In this document: one piece after another, positions 53,237 through 64,000 of the stretch
Numbering within the stretch: the stretch's first letter is position 1
How the letters are laid out: every line of letters starts with the position of its first letter
Assembly: GCF_009834535.1 (NCBI RefSeq)
Contig: NC_045696.1
Span: 99,698,001 to 99,762,000 of the forward strand
Reading direction: 5' to 3'
Length of the DNA: 64,000 bases
Source: Camelus ferus
Lineage: Eukaryota
Notes under the pieces: generated by a model
Told to the model about the DNA's origin: nothing
Database searches by the model: none
What the model saw: the letters and a program-made list of their open reading frames with translations, nothing else
Position numbers and translations under genes: made by a program

Positions 53237-56200
53237 TGCATTTTTTAAAAAGAAACAGCTCCTAGTGCACTTTTTTGGTTCTTTCTCTGCAATTATGCTA
53301 ACAAGTATCATGCTGAGAAAGGATTAGTCCTGATGGACAATCAAAGACAATGCTTCCTTCCTGGTAAAAAGGTGAGAAAAGATGTCGGCATCTGAGCTGC
53401 AGTTATTAGGCATGGCAGCAGGAGGTCCGTATGACCAGTTAGTGAGCAAGATCAGAGTTTGCTAAAGTAGACAAACTGCCTAGTCCCTACTGCAGGCTCC
53501 TCAGTGCCATCATATATGAAACTTCTCTGACTCGGTGGGTGGAAACCACACTGCACACATCTCCCTGACAGTTGGACTTAGTGTTCTTCCCTCAGCCTGG
53601 CAGCCATGACACCCGGCCAGGTAAAAACCCTGGTGGGATGAAGCATTTGGCATAGCAGCAGGACATGTGCACCTGTGAAATCCGAAGGAACGGAAACATC
53701 CCTTAAAGAAAGAACCAGGAAGGACCTACCCATTTAGTTCCATATTAACAGCAAGAAAAACAAAAGATGAGAGCGGGCAAGATTTTAAACACAAGATGAA
53801 GGCGTGTTCCTTGCATCCTCATCATGCCTTTGATAGTAGCTTTAAGCAAAATGATGAAAAAAGTACAACAAAACCTCCTGCTAATTTTCATGATATTGCT
53901 GAGTGATTACTATGTGGTTCCACAGATTTTTATCTTTCAGTTTGTGCTTTATTCATTACAACCTCCTGAAAATATTTTCCTTAATATCAAAGTTTGAAAC
54001 CCCCAAATCAGGTAAGATTTATTTTCTCTTTACTGGTAATTGTTGACACTATGGCAAAACACAGCTCCAACATTTCTGAGATATTCCTTTAAGTAGCATA
54101 ATAAGTATGTGTTAGCTTGCCCTGTATATATTATATAGACTACTGATATTAACATGAGAAAACCACAGGTCTCCAAATGAGCTAATCATATAATACTAAG
54201 TAAACACGCCTTGTCTAAAGAATATGGGTTAGGTTACATTCCAAAAGGACAACGTGGAATAAAAACATGGTATCTTAGAAATGGGTGTCTAATGCAATCA
54301 TTTTTAATGTACCTCCCAGAGATCGCTTTAAGGCAAAGGTGACCATAAGGCCAGTGGTAGATGGTTACAACCCGTCTTCCCCAACATCTGTGTAAATAGA
54401 TTCAAAGAACCAACGGCTGCAGTTTCAAAAATTAAACTACAAAAGAGCATATCTATAACTGTACACAAAATCGCCTTGTCTACCCCTTCTTCTTACCCCC
54501 TACTACTTCTGGTGCTATTAAAGAAAAAGAATGTCTGAGGACCACCAAGGAGAAAAAGGGCAGAAAGAGGACATGGGAATAATTATTTTCAAGGGTGCCT
54601 TGAAAAAGTCGTTAGTCCTTCTTTCTGTACTCTAGAGAAGCAGTGTCTGTGCATATAAATCAAACCAGTGTGCTCAGAATACATGTGTTTGTAAAAATGG
54701 GCAGTTTCTACTAGTGCTTTTCTTTCTATTTTCCTATTGTCTTAATTTGTAGCAAGATATTTAAATATGGCACTGAGGAATGACACTACCACACTGCTAT
54801 CCGTGAAGACGGACACAAAAACTGTGGCTACCCCACTTCTCAGAAAGAATGCTCAAGGAGCCCTTCTGTGTGTCTTTAACCCACCAATCTAAAATGATCG
54901 CCTACAATCAAACCTAAGGAAGAAGAATACAGACTTTGATCAAAACAGAAAAACTGTATGTTGATGTGAGGTTGTGGAGGTGGGTGGGGGAGTGATGGTG
55001 GTGGTGGTGTAGTTCAGCTTTTAAACATAGCCTTCAAAATTTATTGAATCCTAAGTGTCAGATGCACTCCATACAATTAAACCGCTTTCAGGTAAAGACA
55101 AAAATTTAAGACCGTGAGACTTTCCTAAGGATAGTAGAGTTCACATGTGGCAGGGTCAAGATCAAATTTACCTCACTCCAAAATCCCTTTTCATTCCTCC
55201 AAACCCTACTGTATATCTTCCAGAATGACCAATTCACAAACAAGAAATTTGTTGGTATCAGGGTAACTTAACATTAAGGTCCAGAAAAACCTTAAAATAT
55301 ACACTAGCTTCCCTAAGTCACCAGCATGTTACTTTCTTTCTGATGGGGAAAGGTTGTGAAATTTTCCATGCCTTCTCTTGTTTACCAACTGCTCAGAGCC
55401 CAATGTATTCTATACGCAAATAATAACACAGTGAATGGCATTTTTTATTTCCATTGCATGGTCTTACTTTCTCTCTGTATCTGTATTATGTATCATCTTG
55501 TTTGAAGTAGCAAAAGTCCTTTCTATTGTAGAATCAGTTAGGAAATAAGAAGAAATATGTTGTATATGTACTATGTATCTATGATCTGAGACTAAATTTT
55601 CACATTCCCATTTTATTTTTCATTGTTTCTTTTTTGTTTGTTTGTCTATTTAATGGAATGGTCAAATGAGACCTTGTTCAAAATGGTCAGCTTCATTTTC
55701 AGATCTTCAGTGATGCCTGGGTATCTACATGCAAAGCACCAGTTCCTTGAACTAGGAGAAACCATCCATCCACAATCTTCCTTCTCCTTGGCTTCTCTGC
55801 TCTGCGCTTTAAGCACCAGAAATGCAACCACTAATCATTCACCACTCTTTATCTTACATTGTTTGAGACAGTCCTGTAAAGAACTGCAATGCCCCACTCT
55901 GCTTATTAGAGACTGAAGTGAACATTTAGCTGAGGTTTCAAGAATTTGGTCTCCACAGTGGGATGGGAACCAGAAAACTGAGCCATATCAGAAAAATTTC
56001 ATGAAAACTATCCATGAAAGTGACAGACCTACCACATGTTTTTTTTCCTCCACTCTCTCTCCTGATACCCACATTAATATCATAAAGGAGAGTTAACAGT
56101 AAAGAGAGAGAGAGAAAACACAAGTACTTTTAATGACAAACAACCTGCATGTTATAAAGCAAATGGAAAAAGCCACCCACAGGACAGTTAAAACCACAGC

Positions 56201-57492
56201 CTAGAGAATGTCTGAAGGGAAGCCAGCCTAAGAGGAGGCTAAACCCTACAGAATCCCCTCGAGCCTCTAGACCAGGAAACACAGGATTCGTCTGAGAACA
56301 GGAACAAGACCTAGGTCTACATGACTCGTACACTGAACAGTTGAGCCTTCCACCTCTCCCCCTCTCTGGGAGAAGGACATCTGCAGTCAGGTGTGTCTTC
56401 GCCACCTTCCATCAAAGCAAATGATAGAGTGGTTCTGTTCTCCTCAACTAAACACCTGGTAAGGCACCCACTTCTAAGAGAGAAGTCCTACACTCTCTTT
56501 CATTTGGAAGAATCTCAGCTTAGGAGTTGATGGTTTGGTCATGTAGCAATTCTACTTTTAATTTGAAATTGAAAACCTACAGATGGAGAAGCCCATGTAC
56601 TTCTTCTCACTTCAGGCCATTCAAGCAAAAATGGGAGAGTCAACTTTCCAGAACAAATGCAGTAGACAGTATTCACCGAAGAATGATGCATTGACAGAGA
56701 CTATGACTTCTGACAATTTAAACTTCCAATGCTTTAAAAATAAAGTTTATTTGACCTGCCTCTAAAAATGGAATTTATCAATGGGAGATAAGTATGTAAG
56801 AAGCATGTGCTGGTAGTCATGAGGGAGATGTGTGGGTAGCAGAATGTCAGCTGGACTGAGGAAGGGTCCATTAAAGGAATGGTAAGTGAGCCCCATTCAG
56901 CTATCAGACTGAATGCTACAGAGGACACAAAGTTGAGTAAAAATGGGATATTTATGTAACTAACTAAAACGGGATATTTAACTAAGCAGAATGAGCAAAA
57001 TATTAGTTACATCCACTATGATGTTTCATTGCAGAAATTCTTAGAAATCATCAGAATTATGTACAGTGCATGTAGAAGGTGCATACTCTACTGATTCACT
57101 GCAAAAATATCTCTTGAGGGTAAAGTGAACCAAAATATGAAGACAGACTATGTCATTATTAAACTATCTTGAGAGTTGCCCTATTATTGCAATCTATTTT
57201 CTGTGGTGTGTATCTCTAAAAGATCTGGGTTTAGGAAAAATTAAACTCTTTATTATTTTATTTTCTATAAATACTTCATAGAAATGAAATCACATTTAAA
57301 AAAAAACTGTAGAGAGCAACTTTGAAGGACAAAAGTCACTATGAGGCCTGGGGTAGTGGGCAGATAATAAAATGTATATAAATTGGTTGTATGCCTATAT
57401 GACCGTCAGGAATTCTTTAGTAGCCACTAATATATCATATTATGGCTATTCAGGATAGTGGAAAGTTTGAAGGTACTGGAGTTAAAACAAAG

Positions 57493-58103
57493 ATATATAT
57501 ATGCCAATGTTCATGGCAGCACTATATACAGTAGCCAAGACATGGAAACAACCTTAATGTCCATCAACAGATGACTGGATAAAGAAGTTGTGATATATTA
57601 TACAGTGGAATACTACTCAGCCATAAAAAAGAATAAAACAATGTCATTTGCAGTAACATGGATGGAACCAGACATCGTCATTCTAAGTGAAGTAAGCCAG
57701 AAAGAGAAAGAAAAATAGCATATGATATCACTCATATGTGGAATCTAAAATAAAAAGAAAAAAAGGACAACACTAATGAACTCATCTACAAAACAGAAAT
57801 AGACTCACAGACATAGTAAACAATCTATGGTTACCAGGGAAATGGGAGTGGGAAGAGATAAATTTGGGAGTTTTAGAGATTTGTAAATTTTGGCCACTAT
57901 ATATAAAAATAGATTTAAATTTTTCTTCTGTATAGCACAAGGAACTATGTTCAATATCTTGTAATAACTTTTCAGGAAAAAGAATATGAAAATGAATACG
58001 TGTATGTATATGCATAACTGGGACATTATGTTGTACACCAGAAATTGACACATTATAACTGACTATACCTTAATAAAAATAAATAAATGCAATAATTAAA
58101 AAC
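57493..58103 (+). mobile_element. Lineage-specific L1 3' end inserted into a MIR (MIR pieces ~57450-57492 and ~58104-58205)
   Basis: L1 3'UTR motifs present. TSD aaaacaaag at 57484-57492 and 58104-58112. MIR core 'cctcagtttccacatctgaaa' follows. Confidence 0.9.
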
Positions 58104-58399
58104 AAAACAAAGTTAGTCCTGAAAATTAGCATCGCCATTTTCCAGGTGCCCTAGCATGAACAATTTATTCACCTTCTGTGATCCTCAGTTTCCACATCTG
58201 AAAGTACCTCTGCTGACTTGTGTTTTGTCCGATGCCTTTCAACATCATTTGTCCCAAATCATGACACTAGCCCAGTTATTTTCTTATTATCAATTTTTCC
58301 TTTCAGCAACACCCTTTACCTCTCTCACAGCTGACATTTATTCATTCATCTGCAGTTAAAATGGCTCCCTTTTCCTTCCGTTGGCTAGCTAAGTTATCA

Positions 58400-58815
58400 C
58401 TCTCAACCTACTTCTCCAGTGCAGCCTCCACTAAGGAGGCTGAAAAAAATCTAAATTTTTATTTTCTCAGCCTCCACTGTAACTGTGTCATCATGTGGCA
58501 CAAGACTAGTTAACAGGATTTCAATAAAGTTCACTGAGAACTCTAGGAATGCTTTTGCTTTCAGGATAAAAATGGGTACACTTGACTTAGGAAGCCTTTA
58601 TCCCCTTCTTCCTTCCTGGAACATAGACCTGAAATTACATATTCCATGGAGAAAACAACAAAAGAATCACTGAGATGCTACAACCATGCAGTGAAGCAAC
58701 TGAGCCAAAGGCGGTAACTGCTACCTCTGATCGGTTTATATATGAGAGGAAAAAAAAATCCCTATTTGTTCAATCTATGAGTAGTTTCCTGGTATGTGAA
58801 GTCAAAAACATTCCT
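58400..58815 (+). mobile_element. Old MLT1J/K-like LTR
   Basis: 'ttctcagcctcc...catgtg', 'gcttttgctttc...gataaaa', 'ccccttcttccttcctggaac' and 'tgagaggaaaaaaaaatccctatttgtt'. Confidence 0.6.
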
Positions 58816-59635
58816 TTCTGGCATGTTTCTTTGGTTCCTTCTCAATTTTTTTTCTTTGTCTTCTCACATTAGTTATTTGTAATATGTAATTTCTTTGTCA
58901 AATATAGTCAGTGACGTAACACTGTAGTGTAGTCCAAAGAAAATTGCACAGGAAATCAAAGAGCTGGGCTTATTTGGTTTTAATAGCTATTAAGATATAA
59001 AACTTTGGGAAAGTATTATTTCTTACCTTCATTTTCATCTTATATATGATGATTGCACTAGATGGTATTTTATATTTAAATTTCAAAAAATAATCTCAAA
59101 ATTTTCCAAGTGGAGGAAATGGTATGTTGGAGTCCAGGTGAGAATCACCACGTCGAAGACAGAAACATGATAAGCCTACCTGGCAGGATATGGAATCATA
59201 TGAAGGCATAACCCCTGCAAAGACAGAGGGGGGACACATTCTGGCTTCCTTCATCTTCTTGCTTTCCAACCTCCCCCAATGTCACCTCTTGGCTGAGCTC
59301 AACCAGGAACTAATTTACAGGGGAGCCCAGGAACCACACCTCAGAGCTCTAAGACGCATCAGGACCAGGTAGGGTTGAGGGGCACACCTGAGCACACAGG
59401 TCCAGGACCACATGCAATAAGGAATATCAGAAACAAATTGAACATCAGGATTAAAAGAGGAATGGACTCAAGAAGCAATTAGGGATAGTATTTGTGAAAG
59501 AATCAAAAGAGTGAAACGGAGCTTGTGAGATAGGAAAAAAAAAAATCACAAAAATGTAGAGAAAAACAGGTAAATTATTAAGACAAAGATGTTTACCTTC
59601 CCTTTTTATCCCTTCCAGGACCCTTCTAACACTTT

Positions 59636-59720
59636 CTTTCATTCATTGATTTATTCATTCATTGATTCATTCAACAAATACTTAATGAGCACCTACAATT
59701 TTCCAGGGACTAGGCACATG
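59636..59720 (-). mobile_element. L2 3' terminus
   Basis: (TTCA)n-like tail followed by 'caacaaatacttaatgagcacctac'. Confidence 0.75.
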
Positions 59721-61099
59721 CATTCTTAATACTTTACTCATTTATACACCATGTATCTTTTTCCCGGACTAATTTTCCCCCAAACACTAATCTAGTAAAT
59801 TCTTATCCTGCAAGACCTATTCATTCCTCCCTGCCCAAAGGTTTCTAAAACCCCTCTACTCAGTTAAGACCTTCCTTCCTATCCACTTAAGACATTACCT
59901 CTGTACGCATCTCAGCGCTTGTCATAGCACTTTGCATTTATTGGTCTTATCTGTATTCTCCAACTGAGCTATAAATATTTTGAGAGGAAAGACTACAAAG
60001 ACAACTTCTTGACCTTTGTCAGGGTTCATTTTACAAAAGCTTTTTAAATATTTGTATATACATTTTAGTAACTTTATACTGATTTTTGGAAAATAAAACT
60101 TGCTGAACAGTTCTGTCTCCTGCCAATTCCTTCTGAACTGCTCAACTAGAAAAATGGTCTGTATTTTTGGAGCAATTGTGCAGACCTCCAAAAAAAACTC
60201 AAAAGTGTAAATTTTAGATTCTGTAACATTGCAATACATTGGACTTAATTTAGCCTTCCAGTTTGTCGGTAGTTCCAATGGGGCTCGGGAGTGATTACTT
60301 ATTAATGGTGACAACATGTGGTTGTTAAGTCTAGTCATTGACTTTTCAATCTTTATTCTGTTTACTTAAACCATAGGAATTGGCAGGTAACTCAACTGAA
60401 AATCAACTACTTGGGTGTTTTTTACTTTGTTTTTAATTTACAAAGAGTAATGCAGAGAGAGAGTGAGGATTAAAAGGATATGCATTTTTGTATATGAAAC
60501 ATTTATATTTGTATAATGGCAACATATTAAGGGATTATGATATGAAATATTATAATACAAGGGGCATTATTTATTGCTTAATATATCCCATACACTATTT
60601 AGTCACTTTATATTCCTCGCATCGTTACCCACAGTACAGCTTGATGAACTAAGTAAATTATTTTCCCAATTTACAGATAAAGAAACTAAAGGCTATTTAA
60701 GAATTCACAGTTAACATGAAGATTTAAAGAAGTCAATAAAAAACATTAAAACACACAGCTAAGACTGAGGACTGACTCAGTCATCGCTCACAAGCATAGG
60801 AACCTTTTGTTTGTTTTAAATAAAAGAGGTACCGGGGTGGCTAAAAATTGTAACATTATAGACCATTTAAATTGTCTGCCGGAGGGCACAAATGTGTACT
60901 TGAGCACACGGCTGGGATGCCATGTTGCCAGGATAATTTAGATTATCCCTTCCTTTGAAACATTTATGCTGGAGTTTTAGCATTACAGCTGGGGCATCCT
61001 ACATGGCATGAATATTTTTATAAAACACCCTGAAACACATATCTTATAGTGATCAATTCAGCACTTGCAATTTCCCAAACTTTATTTTAATCAGGAGTT

Positions 61100-61530
61100 A
61101 ATGATGTATGGCTCTTCTAGCAAATAAATGAACATCTGAATTGCTGTAAGTTATTTTAATAATTGCTCAGCTAACCATTTAAATTATCAAAGATCTTTAC
61201 TTGTGCAATGTCACATAAATGCTGGAAATTAAAAATTAATCAACGCGATTTACGTAACTAAAAGCTGCCATCTAATGGGATATTTTTCAATAAGACGACA
61301 GCGGTAATTATGCTGAGAAATATTCATTCCTGTAGTTTGAACGATTATAGCAATTTCCACCAGGGGATTTCGCAGTCAGATTCTAGTTCTGGGCAACAGT
61401 GATTAATATAATGGTTATTAATGAGAAGTCATTTTGATACTTCTAGCAGTGTTTAGGTGTCAATGCCTTGAATGCAATGTGCTTAGCATATTAATAATAA
61501 AGGTTGCATTGGACTAAGTAAGTTTATTGA
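61100..61530. promoter_or_regulatory. Candidate conserved non-coding element / enhancer
   Basis: Seven CpGs in 61244-61372 despite AT-rich context, TTACGTAA at 61250-61257, CTCF-like CCATTAGATGGCAGC on the minus strand at 61264-61278, and many TAAT cores. Confidence 0.5.
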
Positions 61531-63469
61531 TTCTTTTTCTTACCTTCTGTAATGTGGAAAGTCAATTAGATGTATAGAAACAATGGAACTTTTCAAAGCA
61601 AGACCTACCATTTCTCTGTGCTGACATCTTTTAACTGTGCACAAAGTTCATTAAATGTGCAAAAGTAGCACAGTCACAGGAAGTAAGTAGCGGGGTCAGA
61701 GGTCACAGTCCACAGCAAGGTGACAATCTTTTGCGGAAGGCACCCTGGGAGCTGAGTTAGAGTGAGAACTGCCTTTCAACAAAGAATGGAGGAAATAAAG
61801 CCGTAAGAAGTTAATATTACTGGATTAATTAAAATGAATATTGACAGAAATTTTGTTGGCTTTGCATCAAACTGAGTACAGATAAGGTGGTCCCTAATCA
61901 GATCTCAATTTTGCAGAAATGCAAAATTGTGGAGTAATAAAATGATTATATCTAAGTATTTTTTTGGGTAAAACCATATTAATATAGACACACATTTGCA
62001 AACTTAGTCTGCAAAAATAGGTATAATTTAAATGCATCCAAATCCATAGACTCAGAGAGTTCGACAAGTAAGAAATTAGTCTTCCATTTTATGGTTCCCT
62101 TTCCTAGAATTTTGTGAAACGTTATTTCCCCTCGTATTTGAACTCTACTCTTTGGAGGCACATAATATATGAATACAGTAAAACTACATCACAGTGTTTG
62201 TGGCAGGGAAAAGGAAAAAACATGTTCTAAGAGTTCTAAATTGTGAGGAGAAAGTTAAACTAGACATCACTATGGATAAAGAAGTATGATTTTACCAAAA
62301 GCACAAATTAGTCCATGAAATATATTTCTAACATTGTATTAAAAATAATCTAAAGAGATTTCAAGTAGAATAACACTGCTGACAAGATCAATGTAATTGG
62401 CTACTCATTCCAAATACAAGTAACATTAAAAATTACTGTGTAATAGTATTACAGAAGAATTCTTTGTGGGTTTCATAAAGTAAATAGTCTCAATGGTATT
62501 ATTTCTTGAGCTTGAGAAATTCCTGTATTTCATTTTATGGTACTTTTTTGGTTTTTTGGTTGTTAGGATGTTATTATAGACTGAAAAATTGTATTAAATA
62601 TATGAAATTTCGGTTTTATTTTTGTTTCTTAGTGACTTAAAGTCACTGATAATGTTAATTATATTGGGAAATTTTTATTTGCTTGAAGTGGTTATCTTTA
62701 CTTTTTATAAAGTCTCATACTGCAGTAGAGTGTGGTCACTCTTTGATTTCACAATGAGTGCTGAGTTCTTCATGTAGTGTTAGGAAACAGATAGACTTTC
62801 AGACTTACTTTTTTCTTCCTAATCTCCATCTCCCTTTAGATTTGTATATCAGATTTCTATAGTAATACATGCATTATTATCTGACATAAAGTGGGTGAAA
62901 AATACAAGCGCAAATACGACTCTATTTTCTGATTCTTTCTGAACAAACTAAAACTAAAAGATAATTGTGCTATGAATATAAGTTAGTGATTTATCATGAG
63001 GGGCTTTGGAGCATAAAAATAACTAACAAAGATAGATAATTATCTCACCCCAAACATGAATGAGTAAAAAAAATTTAATGTAAAGTACGTTTTAAGAATT
63101 TATGATTATTTCTGGTAAAAGCAAGTGGCACTTCAAATTCTCTTCCTTATTTTATCTTATGTATCTTCAGGCTTTATAATAAAAGTTAACTTGAACTTAA
63201 GCAATAGCTGCATGGCCATCTCAAATGCACGTGCAGCACTGTAGAATTTCTAAGCAAATTTTGGGGGATTGCTATAATTTTGGCTTTTGAAAAATTAAAT
63301 TACTTTAATAAAGTTATTATGACTGCAGTCTCATAATTGTCCTCTTTTTAGTCTTTTTTTTTCTTTTTAAAATATAAATGCCTCTCAAAAATATGTTATA
63401 AACAACAGTGACTAAAACCAGTATAAAATTAAAATTGCACTATACAGATAGTTGCAAGCTTTCTATTCT

Positions 63470-63594
63470 TTTGCTGTTGTTGGGGGAATTAGGTTTATTT
63501 ATTCATTAGTTTTTTTAATGGCAGTACTGGGGCTCGAACGCAGGACCTTGTGCATGCTAAGCATGAACTCTACCACTGAGCTATATGCTACCCC
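63470..63594 (-). mobile_element. tRNA-Ala-derived SINE (camelid Vic-1-like)
   Basis: Reverse complement reads 'tatagctcagtggtagagttcatgcttagcatgcacaaggtcctgcgttcgagccccagtac...aataaacctaatt'. Degenerate TSD caagctttctattct (63455-63469) and caagctttgcattct (63595-63609). Confidence 0.92.
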
Positions 63595-63654
63595 CAAGCT
63601 TTGCATTCTGAGAACTCCACATTAAGCATGTGACAAGCACATGCTAGAGATAAC

Positions 63655-63830
63655 TGTAAGAGTAATAACTAACATTCGTGGATACTTGATAGTATACAGA
63701 GATATCAAATATTTTCATTTGACCTTTGAAAGGATTTTAAACCCCTTTTTCATAAATGAGGGAACTGAGAGTTAGCACTACAGAGCAAAGCTGATACATC
63801 TCCTTATGATCACATCAGCCAATGAGGTAG
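63655..63830 (-). mobile_element. MIR fragment
   Basis: 'aataactaacattcgtggatactt', 'taaatgagggaactgagagttag' and 'gatcacatcagccaatgaggtagagc'. Confidence 0.55.
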
Positions 63831-64000
63831 AGCATTTGTTCTCGTCTGAAAGAGGGAAGAAGAAAAAATCCATTAAAATCATGAATCCTTTTCTTTCCCC
63901 CAGTTTCAATTGTGTATTAATGTTAAATTTATGAGAACTGTTACCGCTGCCTTCGGTGATGTTTCCTGTATTGGTCTAGGACAGCAGTTATCACAATTTA

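Noticed and set aside
56938..56985. Short direct repeat aaaa(t/c)gggatattta; a similar 12-bp tandem at ~32672-32697
   Set aside because: Two-copy slippage duplications, not arrays and not CRISPR-like.
59922..60338. Longest ORF in the track (138 aa, minus strand)
   Set aside because: No recognisable domain or splice context. The length is plausible by chance in a six-frame scan of 64 kb.
62631..62647. 8-bp palindrome agtgactt-a-aagtcact
   Set aside because: About one such palindrome is expected by chance in a window this size.

Overview
AT-rich, CpG-depleted mammalian non-coding DNA, intronic or intergenic. It is most likely from a camelid, inferred from two tRNA-Ala-derived Vic-1-like SINEs and lineage-type L1 3' ends. 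No intact protein-coding gene is recognisable. The ORFs with recognisable homology are L1 ORF2 remnants, and the rest look like chance or repeat-derived frames. The window is a layered transposon fossil record: young and old L1, MaLR/ERVL LTRs, Tigger and hAT DNA transposons, MIR and L2, with several nested insertions that still show target-site duplications (TSDs). TE-poor blocks at about 1.0-1.7, 17.7-27.4 and 60.8-62 kb look like conserved regulatory sequence. The most interesting observations are a TSD-flanked, 3'UTR-like orphan insert inside an MLT1C LTR, a perfect 27-bp inverted duplication inside an old L1, a candidate 22-nt minus-strand microexon, and CpG-retaining, motif-dense candidate enhancers. 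I found no evidence for a novel multi-gene system. Repeat subfamily names come from recalled consensus sequences, not from a search, and their boundaries are approximate unless a TSD is given.
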